Source: Bacillota bacterium
Lineage (GTDB): Bacteria > Bacillota > Sulfobacillia > Sulfobacillales > JAIMBI01
Assembly (NCBI GenBank): GCA_021846505.1
Contig: JAJZWV010000002.1
Coordinates: 46,163-110,162 of the forward strand
Reading direction: 5' to 3'
DNA: 64,000 nucleotides
This document shows, piece by piece, positions 56,560-64,000 of the stretch (position 1 is the first letter of the stretch; each line of letters begins with the position of its first letter). The notes beneath the pieces were generated by a model. The model had not been told where the DNA came from, made no database searches, and was given only the letters and a program-made list of their open reading frames with translations. Both the position numbers and the translations under genes were made by a program.

Positions 56560-57008
56560 GCCTACGTAAATGGAGACCGACCGCTATCCCGCGGAAGACA
56601 AACAGGCCCACAATGGCATGACGGTCAAAGGGAATCAACCGGCCTCACGTGGCCGGGTCTGGTTCAAGTGTTTCGCATCGCCCGCCGCGTCACGACGCTC
56701 GACGGCCCCCCGCAGCGAGGCAGCCTATGGCCTCACGGACCCTCTCCCCGGCCGAGGCCGATGCCGCAACCCTGGGTGCCTGCGTGCGTCACCACGGAGA
56801 CATCCAAACCCGGCTCCACTACATTCGCGACAGGACCGACGATGAAGGCCGCTCCCAGGTGCGCACCCACAACGGCCCGCGCGCCATGGCCACGTTCCGC
56901 AACACCGCCATCAGCCGGTGGCAAACGCACGGCCTCCCCAACATTCAGGGGGCGCTGAACCACTTGGCGCGGCATCCCGACCAAGTCGCCCACCTCCTGC
57001 TCGGCTAA
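56560..57008 (+). mobile_element. ISAs1-family (H-repeat-associated) transposase C-terminal remnant
   Basis: LTWPGLVQVFRIARRV sits in one frame. Another frame reads HHGDIQTRLHYIRDRTDDEGRSQVRTHNGPRAMATFRNTAISRWQTHGLPNIQGALNHLARHP, which matches HW.IEN.LHwvrDvtf.ED.sr.r.g.gp..mA.lRN.ai. Confidence 0.6.
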
Positions 57009-57164
57009 GCGGCCGCGACACAGCCTTCGTGCCCAGGACGACGGCGCCGCCGTGTCGTGCCTTACCCCTTTCCCCGCGGCACGTCAGCCGAGCGGCGGAC
57101 ATCACGCTGCCCAATCCTGGACCCAAAGCCTTGTGAAGCGCCCCGACATTGCCGTCATCTTTCC

Positions 57165-57193
57165 TCGACACCGCAGCCCGGCCATGCTATGAT
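57165..57193 (+). promoter_or_regulatory. Putative promoter of the HEAT-GT2-GH16 operon
   Basis: TCGACA (57165-57170), a 17-nt spacer ending in TGC, and TATGAT (57188-57193, an extended -10). This lies 18 nt before the GTG at 57211. Confidence 0.45.
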
Positions 57194-57210
57194 CTGAAAA
57201 TAGGGGTAGT

Positions 57211-58083
57211 GTGCGTTCGCATCATCCTCATAGGTCTCTAAGGAAGGGCGCACCAGAGTTGGCTATTGTGGAAACTCTCATTGGGCTGGTGTTTTATGGC
57301 ACCGCAGTGGCGACAGGGGTCTTGTTCTTCCTATGGGTGGCGGTCCGGGGTTTAGCCCGTTTGCGAAAGTCACCATCCCGAGCCAACTCTCCTCAGACTT
57401 CCACCGCACTCTGGCGGCTGGAGCACACCCCACCCGGTCACCGCGCCTTGGGTTGGGCGTGGGTCGCTCTGACGACCACACCTTCGGCGAGCGGTCGGGC
57501 CCAAGTGGTGTTGCATCTATTGGCCCATCCGCGACCGGCATACCACTTTATAGCGTCGCTCTTGCACGCATCCAACTATCGGGATGCGCACACCTTTTTT
57601 GAAGGAATCCTCTCCGAACCGCATCGGCGCCTCCGCGATCTCGCGCTTCTGGGGCTGTCGCGCGCCGCTGCGGTGGATCCCTCACTTCGACCCTTGCTTC
57701 TGGAGGAGGCCGCCTCGGCGGACCCAAAGCGTCAGCTGGCAGCGGTGCGACCCCTGCTAGCCACCTACGCGGAGGAAGCCTCGCCGCCTCTGGGTCTTCT
57801 GGCCGATCTGGCGACCGCTCCTGATTGGCGAATCCGGGCGGCTTGCGCCTCTGCACTGGGGCGCTGGGATTCGCCGCTCGCCGGACAGTACCTGCGGCAC
57901 CTCCTCCGTGATCCACAGTGGACCGTTCGGCACGCGGCGGCGCGCACCCTCGCGGGGCAGCACGGGGGATGGCGAGCCCTTCACGCTTCCGCCCACGACC
58001 CCGATCCCTTTGCTGCGGATATGGCGCTCGATGCCTTTCAATGGCTGCCTGCGGCCACGACCTTCAAGGCATCCGTACGGTGA
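57211..58083 (+). CDS. Membrane-anchored HEAT-repeat protein
   Basis: N-terminal TM (LIGLVFYGTAVATGVLFFLWVAV) and HEAT-like repeats (DWRIRAACASALG, DPQWTVRHAAARTLA). Confidence 0.75.
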   Translation: MRSHHPHRSLRKGAPELAIVETLIGLVFYGTAVATGVLFFLWVAVRGLARLRKSPSRANSPQTSTALWRLEHTPPGHRALGWAWVALTTTPSASGRAQVVLHLLAHPRPAYHFIASLLHASNYRDAHTFFEGILSEPHRRLRDLALLGLSRAAAVDPSLRPLLLEEAASADPKRQLAAVRPLLATYAEEASPPLGLLADLATAPDWRIRAACASALGRWDSPLAGQYLRHLLRDPQWTVRHAAARTLAGQHGGWRALHASAHDPDPFAADMALDAFQWLPAATTFKASVR

Positions 58084-58087
58084 GCAG

Positions 58088-59491
58088 ATGACTCGCTTCC
58101 CCTTCATGACAGTCGGGGAGTATGCCGGACTAGTGTGGCTGGTTGCCGTGATGGGGTTCTATTACGCGTTGCTCGCGGCCTCCGCGTGGTGGTTGGTCCG
58201 CTACGTCCGCGGGGTCATCACCATTCCGCTCGAGGCGCTCCGCACGTCCCCGCATGTTCCCCCGGTGTCGATTATTGTGCCGGCTTACAACGAACAGGAA
58301 ACCATCGTCGATTCTGTCGAGGCGCTGTTCGGCATCGACTATCCGGAATTTGAGATTATTGTGGTGAACGACGGATCCACGGACACTACTTTGGAGCGCC
58401 TGACGGACCGGTTCCAATTGAAGCCGGTTCAGCGGCGAGCGCTCATCTCCCGATTGTCCTGCGCCCGGACGCGCAGCATGTCCGTGAGCAGTGAGGACGC
58501 GCGGCTGGTCGTGGTCGACACCGACAACGGGGGCAAAGGCCGCGCCCTCAACGCTGGCATCACTGTGGCGCGATTCCCCTTGGTCTGCACCATCGATGCA
58601 GATTCGCTGCTGGAGCGGGATGCCCTGCTCCGCATGGCCCGGGTGCACATGATCGACCCGGAACGCATTGTCGCCGTGGGTGGGATGGTGCGGGTTGGCA
58701 ATGGCTGCGATATTGAGGGGGGGCAAGTGGCTCGCGTGCGAGCCCCACGCCAACTGGTTCCTGCACTCCAGGCCGCGGAATACATTCGAACGTTTGTAGG
58801 CGGTCGGATGGGATGGACCGCGTTTAACGCGCTCCCCATTATTTCTGGCGCCTTCGGCCTGTTCCGTCGGGACATGGTTCTGGCGGTCGGTGGCTATTCG
58901 GATACCCGACCGGGCGAAGACATGGGCATCGTCCTCGCCATTCACCATCAGTGTCGGGCCCTCAACGTGCCCTATCGCATCGAGTACTGTCCGGATGCGG
59001 TGTGCTGGACGCAAGCCCCGGTCACCTTGAAAACGCTTGGCGTCCAACGCCGGCGGTGGGCTCGGGGCAACCTCCGCAACATCGGCGCGTACGGCCGGTT
59101 GATGTTGGGTCGGCCTCGGTACGGCGTGCTGGGTTTGGTTGTCATGCCGTATATGCTGCTGGTCGAGGTGTTGGGGCCATACTGGATGGCCATAGCTTTG
59201 GCACTGGTGGCCGTGGCGCTCATGCGGTCCTCTCTCGGTCCCGCCGTGTTGGCACTGGCCGGCGCCCTCATGGTGCTGGAGATCCTGTTGGGGTGGATCG
59301 CCCTGTTTCTTGACGACTGGGCTTTTCGGCGGTATACCGTGCGTGACGTGCTGATATTGTTGCTTCACATGCTCCACATGCCGTTTTGGTATTACTTCGT
59401 CACGTCTTACTGGCGCGTTGTCGGACACGTGCAATGGATCCGGCGGCAGAACCCCTGGGGTACCATGAGCCGGGTGTCCTGGAAAGCGTGA
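58088..59491 (+). CDS. Processive family-2 glycosyltransferase (PgaC/IcaA/NodC-like polysaccharide synthase)
   Basis: VSIIVPAYNE, VVNDGSTD, DADS, GED and QRRRWARG (QxxRW) motifs, flanked by N- and C-terminal TM helices. Start is the ATG at 58088, 4 nt after the HEAT gene stop. Confidence 0.9.
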   Translation: MTRFPFMTVGEYAGLVWLVAVMGFYYALLAASAWWLVRYVRGVITIPLEALRTSPHVPPVSIIVPAYNEQETIVDSVEALFGIDYPEFEIIVVNDGSTDTTLERLTDRFQLKPVQRRALISRLSCARTRSMSVSSEDARLVVVDTDNGGKGRALNAGITVARFPLVCTIDADSLLERDALLRMARVHMIDPERIVAVGGMVRVGNGCDIEGGQVARVRAPRQLVPALQAAEYIRTFVGGRMGWTAFNALPIISGAFGLFRRDMVLAVGGYSDTRPGEDMGIVLAIHHQCRALNVPYRIEYCPDAVCWTQAPVTLKTLGVQRRRWARGNLRNIGAYGRLMLGRPRYGVLGLVVMPYMLLVEVLGPYWMAIALALVAVALMRSSLGPAVLALAGALMVLEILLGWIALFLDDWAFRRYTVRDVLILLLHMLHMPFWYYFVTSYWRVVGHVQWIRRQNPWGTMSRVSWKA

Positions 59492-60429
59492 GCCAACATC
59501 ACCCGGCGTCGGCCGGCCTATCGCAGGCGCTCCGCAACATCGAGCGCCGCCGACGCCGGCGTCGACGCGTCCTCCTGACTATCGTGGCAGCACTTCTGGC
59601 GGCGGCGGTGGGTGTCAGCGCGTGGCGGGAGACGACGCGCACAACCCTCTCACCGCCGTCGGCTGGGCCCGTGCCCTCGCCGACGGTCATCGCCGCGACC
59701 CACGATACGCGCATGCCGGGATGGCACTTAGTGTGGGACGATGAGTTCGACAGCCAAGCCCTGACGGACCGCCTTTGGACCATTAAGAGCTTTGCTTACC
59801 CGTACAACCGTCAGCTGCAGTATTACAGCGCGGCGCACGTCTTGGTCAGAAGCGGAAATCTCCGTCTTGTGGTGACGCCGCAACCGCTCGGCGGTCGCAC
59901 CTACACCTCGGCTATGGTTACGACCAAGGGCACTATGGCGTGGAAGTACGGCTTGTTGATGGTTCGTGCGAAGTTGCCAGCAGACGCGGGGCTCTTTTCC
60001 GCCATCTGGATGCTTCCCGCGCGGACCGGAAAGACCGTCCTTCCGGAGGTGGACGTGGTCGAGGCAAAGGGGTCCCTTCCCCACCACGTGGTCATGACCC
60101 TGCACTGGGCGGGTCCCGGCGGGCGGATCCAAAGCCTCGGTGCCGCAGAAAACGGGCCTAACTTTACAGACAGCTTTCATACGTTCGCCCTAAAGTGGAC
60201 CCCGTCCCAATTGACATGGTATGTCGACGGGGTACCTCGATTCCACACGTCCCAGAATGTTCCGCATGTAGCGATGTATCTCATCATGAACGTAGCCGTG
60301 GGCGGGGTGTTCCCGGGCAATCCGCTCCCTTCCGATCACTGGCCGGCCGCCATGGTGGTGCAGTACGTCCGGATCTATAAGCCGGGCAACCCGCCTCCCC
60401 CCATCCCAGAGTCCATCCGGCGCGGTTAG
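59488..60429 (+). CDS. Membrane-anchored GH16 glycoside hydrolase (beta-glucanase/laminarinase-like)
   Basis: WDDEFD, catalytic EVDVVE (ExDxxE), and FHTFALKW...LTWYVDG. The GTG at 59488 overlaps the GT2 stop (GTGA). An N-terminal Arg-rich segment is followed by a TM. Confidence 0.9.
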   Translation: MSQHHPASAGLSQALRNIERRRRRRRRVLLTIVAALLAAAVGVSAWRETTRTTLSPPSAGPVPSPTVIAATHDTRMPGWHLVWDDEFDSQALTDRLWTIKSFAYPYNRQLQYYSAAHVLVRSGNLRLVVTPQPLGGRTYTSAMVTTKGTMAWKYGLLMVRAKLPADAGLFSAIWMLPARTGKTVLPEVDVVEAKGSLPHHVVMTLHWAGPGGRIQSLGAAENGPNFTDSFHTFALKWTPSQLTWYVDGVPRFHTSQNVPHVAMYLIMNVAVGGVFPGNPLPSDHWPAAMVVQYVRIYKPGNPPPPIPESIRRG

Positions 60430-60458
60430 CCACCACCGTTCGCTGCTAATGTGTCAAC

Positions 60459-60534
60459 GGCCACACGATTCCACCGGCTGAGCGCTGAGTTGGCCACGAA
60501 ATTCCCCCCACCTCGCTGGCCAGGGAATTCCCCC
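60459..60534 (+). repeat. Three direct copies of GGCCA-N4-5-ATTCC(A/C)CC: IS21-like multiple terminal repeats (left end)
   Basis: GGCCACACGATTCCACC (60459-60475), GGCCACGAAATTCCCCCC (60492-60509) and GGCCAGGGAATTCCCCC (60518-60534). They are preceded by TGTGTCAAC and followed by an IstA-like HTH ORF. Confidence 0.5.
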
Positions 60535-60599
60535 GGCCAGGGTCTCTCCATCCGACCGCTAACCCCTCCTTGGCGACCTGATGGACGCCGCGAGGGCGA

Positions 60600-60899
60600 T
60601 TGATGGGACGAACGGAGTGCACCTTGCGCGACGGTCTCGAAAACTGGGAGCACTGGTACGCCGGCAACAGCCTGCCGACCCTCGAACGCAACGTCGGGGT
60701 GGCCCGCCACGCCCGCCGGAAGTACATCGCGCTCGCCGAGGCGGCGGGGTACGCGCCCCCGCAGCCCTGGGCACCGTGGGAGGCGCTCCACCGCCAGACG
60801 TTTCCGCAGCGGACGCCGTGCGACCAATACCCTCGTTTTCGCCACGGCCCCCGATATCACTTGACTTTCATCTCCACAATTTTCTGTGCTGCGTCCTAG
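60600..60899 (+). mobile_element. N-terminal HTH fragment of an IS21-type (IstA-like) transposase
   Basis: LENWEHWYAGNSLPTLERNVGVARHARRKYIALAEAAGY resembles the IstA/IS481-type N-terminal HTH. The ORF then degenerates and no DDE core follows. Confidence 0.4.
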
Positions 60900-61079
60900 A
60901 GCTTGACTGCGTCCGCCCGGCGGCTGGGCGGCCCCCGGCCCGCGACCATGGCCCATGCCCTGGGTACTACACTGCAACTGCACAGGGCCCGCTAGCACAA
61001 ACCACCCGGCACCACATTCTACCTGGAAGAGTGGCGCTCCGCTAAACGACGCGGCTACGACCCCACCCAAGCACCCTCA

Positions 61080-61430
61080 TGACGACATCACGCGCCGAGT
61101 GCCTAAGCGCTCACGGAGGCGGCGGGCACGGCGGCGCTGGCGGACTTTGCGAACGCGGGGGGGACTCGGTATCGGACGAGGGGCTCGCCATACGACCTGC
61201 ACCACGAACCTCATTGAGGGGTTCCACCGGTCACTTGCGCAAGGTGGCCACAATCGGGAATCTCATTCCGACAGACGCGACCCTGACGAAGCTGCTGTAC
61301 CTCGCAGGCCAACAAGCCCAGCAGAAGTCGACGAAGCGGGTGCCGAGCTGGGGCGAAATTCTGGCCCACTTGGTCATCTATTGTGAAGACCGACTGACTC
61401 CCTACCTGAAACAGCCACATGGAAATTTGC
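61080..61430 (+). mobile_element. IS256-family (Mutator-type) transposase C-terminal remnant, frameshifted
   Basis: TTNLIEGFHRS sits in one frame. After a shift at about 61228, another frame reads LRKVATIGNLIPTDATLTKLLYLAGQQAQQKSTKRVPSWGEIL, matching the IS256 tail (TTN.iE..n..ir.r.....FP........l.y). Confidence 0.6.
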
Positions 61431-61714
61431 TCACGACTCTTGACACTCACCGAAACCCTCGGGGCGGGGGCATGACCAACATCACCGTTGATGACTGGGA
61501 GCGCCAGTAAGGGTGTCACCGTCCGAGCCGCGCAGCGCATGATAATTGGCCCGGGGATCAATGTCACCGCCGGAGGCTTCTGGTATGTTCAGATAATCGG
61601 GAGGCGCAGCCGGCGATGCACGGGACCAGATGCCTGCAACGCCGCCGACCGACACGAAGGACCCGACCGCGGCGCCAGTTCCTAGCGCCGATTTAGCTCG
61701 GACTGGAAGAGGGG

Positions 61715-62197
61715 TTGGCCAGGATGCGATTGCGATCGATGACCGAAGAAGAATTTGCTCGGTACCTCACGTCGGCCGTGAGCCATTATGCGGACGAACA
61801 CGTGAAGTCTGGGCGTTGGGATGCGGGTCACGCCCAAGAACAGGCTGAACGGGAGTTTCAGGAGCTGTTGCCTCACGGTCTGAACACGGTGGACCAATTT
61901 CTTTTCACCCTGGTGGACGAAGTGCTCGACGAAGCCGTTGGCATGCTCTGGTACGGCATCCGGGAGAAAATCGGCACGCGGGAAGCGTGGATCTGGGATT
62001 TCAGCGTCACCGAGACGGTCCGCCGGCGGGGCTATGGCCGGCAGGCACTCGACGCCTTGGAACGCCACGTTCGACAGCACCGATTGGACCGGATTAGCCT
62101 CCACGTGTTTGGTCACAACACTGCGGCGCGGGCCCTCTACGAACGCATGGGCTACGAGCCGGTCAACATCGTGATGAGCAAGGCGCTGACCGTCTGA
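61715..62197 (+). CDS. GNAT-family N-acetyltransferase
   Basis: Motif A RRRGYGRQALDALE and a C-terminal ALYERMGYE. The true start may be the ATG at 61724. Confidence 0.85.
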   Translation: MARMRLRSMTEEEFARYLTSAVSHYADEHVKSGRWDAGHAQEQAEREFQELLPHGLNTVDQFLFTLVDEVLDEAVGMLWYGIREKIGTREAWIWDFSVTETVRRRGYGRQALDALERHVRQHRLDRISLHVFGHNTAARALYERMGYEPVNIVMSKALTV

Positions 62198-62268
62198 ACT
62201 TCCCGTTTCGGAGTTGCGCGTACTACTGGCACTCTGGCCGAGCTATTTTCCCGAGGAGGCCGAACCCC

Positions 62269-62823
62269 TTGACGATTGAACCGCTCAGCGCCGACAACTG
62301 GAGCGATTTCGCGAGTCTCTGTGGGGACATGGGGCCCAACCGGTCCTGCTGGTGCCTGTGGTGGCGCTACGACGGGGGTCCCTCGCGTACGCCCGCCCGG
62401 GAGCGCGCCCGGGCGCTGGTTCGGGAATCGCGCCGGCCCGTCGGACTCATCGCCTACGAGGACCAGGAGGCCATCGGCTGGGTCGCCGTGGGGCCGCGAG
62501 CCGATTACCCACGACTCAATCGGGGGCGCGACACCGCCCCCATTGATGATGCCTCGGGGGTGTGGGTCATCCCATGTTTCTTCGTGCGAGAACGTTGCCG
62601 CGGACGCGGAGTGGCGACCGCCCTGTTGGAAGCCGCCGTACGCTTCGCGACAGCCGGTGGGGCTGCCGCCATCGAGGGTGTTCCGGGGGACCCCACCACA
62701 CAGTCACGCAGCGCCACGGCATCTTACACGGGGACGGTCCCCATGTTTCAGCGGGCCGGGTTTGCCGAGCAGGCCCGGCGCACGCCCAGGGGGCGGGTGG
62801 TGATGCGAAGGCATCTGCCGTAG
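62269..62823 (+). CDS. GNAT-family N-acetyltransferase
   Basis: CFFVRERCRGRGVATALLEAAV (motif A) and MFQRAGF. The N-terminal CWCLWWR pattern is seen in a GNAT subfamily. Confidence 0.85.
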   Translation: MTIEPLSADNWSDFASLCGDMGPNRSCWCLWWRYDGGPSRTPARERARALVRESRRPVGLIAYEDQEAIGWVAVGPRADYPRLNRGRDTAPIDDASGVWVIPCFFVRERCRGRGVATALLEAAVRFATAGGAAAIEGVPGDPTTQSRSATASYTGTVPMFQRAGFAEQARRTPRGRVVMRRHLP

Positions 62824-62988
62824 TGGGTTGGTCGTTCCCGGGTGCCCCCGGGGACCGCACGATGGACCCCGTGGCCTGGACCGGTGGGCCGGGATGCGCA
62901 GGGTCGTTCCTCCCACCAGTCTGGATGCCCAAGTTGGAGCGGCCTTAGGCTATCGGGCATGCGCTCTCCTGTCAACCGGCGGCCGGCG

Positions 62989-64000
62989 CTATGTCAAACC
63001 CTGTGGGATCTGGATCGGTGGACGGAAGCCCAGCAACATCTTCCGGCGATACCGATCCCGGTTGCGGAACCCATAGCTCTGGCGCTTCTGGCTCTTGATC
63101 TTCGTGTGGCATCCTCGATGTCCCCGCTGGTGAACGGCTGGGCCAGTTGCCAGCGCGCCAACAGCGCGGGCCGCCACCGGCGGAGCGTCTGGGCCCATTG
63201 GTAGCCTTCGGCGTCGTCGCACGCCTCGGCGTTGAGGAGCCCGCGGTGCAGCTGCGCGGTCGCTGCCTGTAGGTCCGGCGCGTGGATGAGCGTCCGCAAG
63301 TCTTCTTTCAAGTGGTGGAGTGGGCCCAACGCCGGATAGGTTGTTTGAATCGGTGCGAGGGCCTCCTGCTACCGGGGCCGGAGGTTTTCGACGCCCTTGA
63401 TCAGAGGCCAGCGCTGAATCGTTATCTTGGTGAGGTGTTCTCGAGACAGCGCGCCCCGTCCACCCGGACCGTCCCGTCCTGAATGAGGTGAAAGGGGTCC
63501 ATCAGGACGGCCACGTGCGGACACGCGCGCCGCGGGGCTTTCGCGTACGCGACCGTCATGTCGATGCAGCCCCGCGGATGCGGGCCCGCACCGACGCCGG
63601 GATCCGGGCGAACCACGCGTCCAGCGTGGCAGGTGGTCATCCGCCAGGATCGTGAGCACCCGGCGTTCGGGGGCCAGCCGCGCGATGGTGATGCACAGGT
63701 CGGTGCCCCGAAACGAGGCTGCATCAATGGACAGCATCCAGTCCCCGGGGAGATCCCACCACGTGTCGTCCTCGAGCGCCACCATGCGGTCCACCAAGCG
63801 CCGCTAGCGCCCGACGCCCCCGCCCAGCACGGGGGCGACCCCGCCGAAGCTGTCCCGGCGCAGTCGGCTCAACGCGGCCGTCTGCGCGGCGGCGGACCCG
63901 CGCTGCCACGCCGCGCGCGGGAGCGGCCGGGCCTGGGTCACGTGGTGGCACACCACGCACCGATAGCGCTGGGGGGCCCACGCGACCTGGACCGGCGTCT
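62989..64000 (-). mobile_element. ISL3-family transposase pseudogene (multiple frameshifts; continues beyond the window)
   Basis: The tail HTKIKSQKRQSYGFRNRDRYRRKMLL (NtKIK.lKR..YGFRN) is in frame 62989..63222. DPFHLIQDGTVRVDGAR (D.FHvv....avd.vR) and LSIDAASFRG..LCIT (iDE.s.rkg..Y.T) lie in two other frames. Confidence 0.7.

Overview
This is a very GC-rich bacterial chromosomal segment. Third codon positions are almost all G/C, real genes carry GGAGG-type Shine-Dalgarno sites, and many genes are coupled by 1- or 4-nt overlaps. No taxon can be assigned from the sequence alone.

The high GC content produces long Arg/Pro/Ala/Gly-rich shadow ORFs opposite nearly every real gene. I kept only ORFs with recognisable family motifs, strong third-position GC (GC3) bias, or a plausible ribosome-binding site (RBS). 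Several starts were moved inward from the longest-ORF track.

**Left two-thirds, about 1-49 kb (mostly intact genes):**
- Core functions: OmpR/HK two-component pair, glnA, purEK, tRNA-Arg(CCG).
- Two ECF sigma modules.
- An MMPL transporter followed by an acyl-ACP-reductase-like gene.
- A seven-gene co-directional GH78 rhamnosidase / SIS / SIS / BadF-kinase / dehydrogenase cluster.
- EamA transporter.
- Intact toxin-antitoxin (TA) pairs of the vapBC and parE/phd types.
- Two divergent ABC systems under a YtrA-like GntR regulator.

**Right third, plus scattered spots elsewhere (visibly decaying):**
- A Tet(M)/Tet(O)-like ribosomal-protection gene with three lesions.
- M20, GNAT, DUF1906, TM2, DUF433/DUF5615 and ParE-type remnants.
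- Debris of at least five IS families (IS3, ISAs1, IS21, IS256, ISL3).
- This debris surrounds an intact, translationally coupled HEAT-repeat / processive GT2 synthase / membrane-anchored GH16 module.

**Most unusual raw-sequence features:**
- A G5-C-G23-AA-G5 tract at 30495-30530.
- A 600-nt ORF-free, highly self-complementary spacer upstream of the EamA gene.

No CRISPR array, rRNA or intact prophage was seen. All family assignments come from motif recognition by eye; no database search was run.
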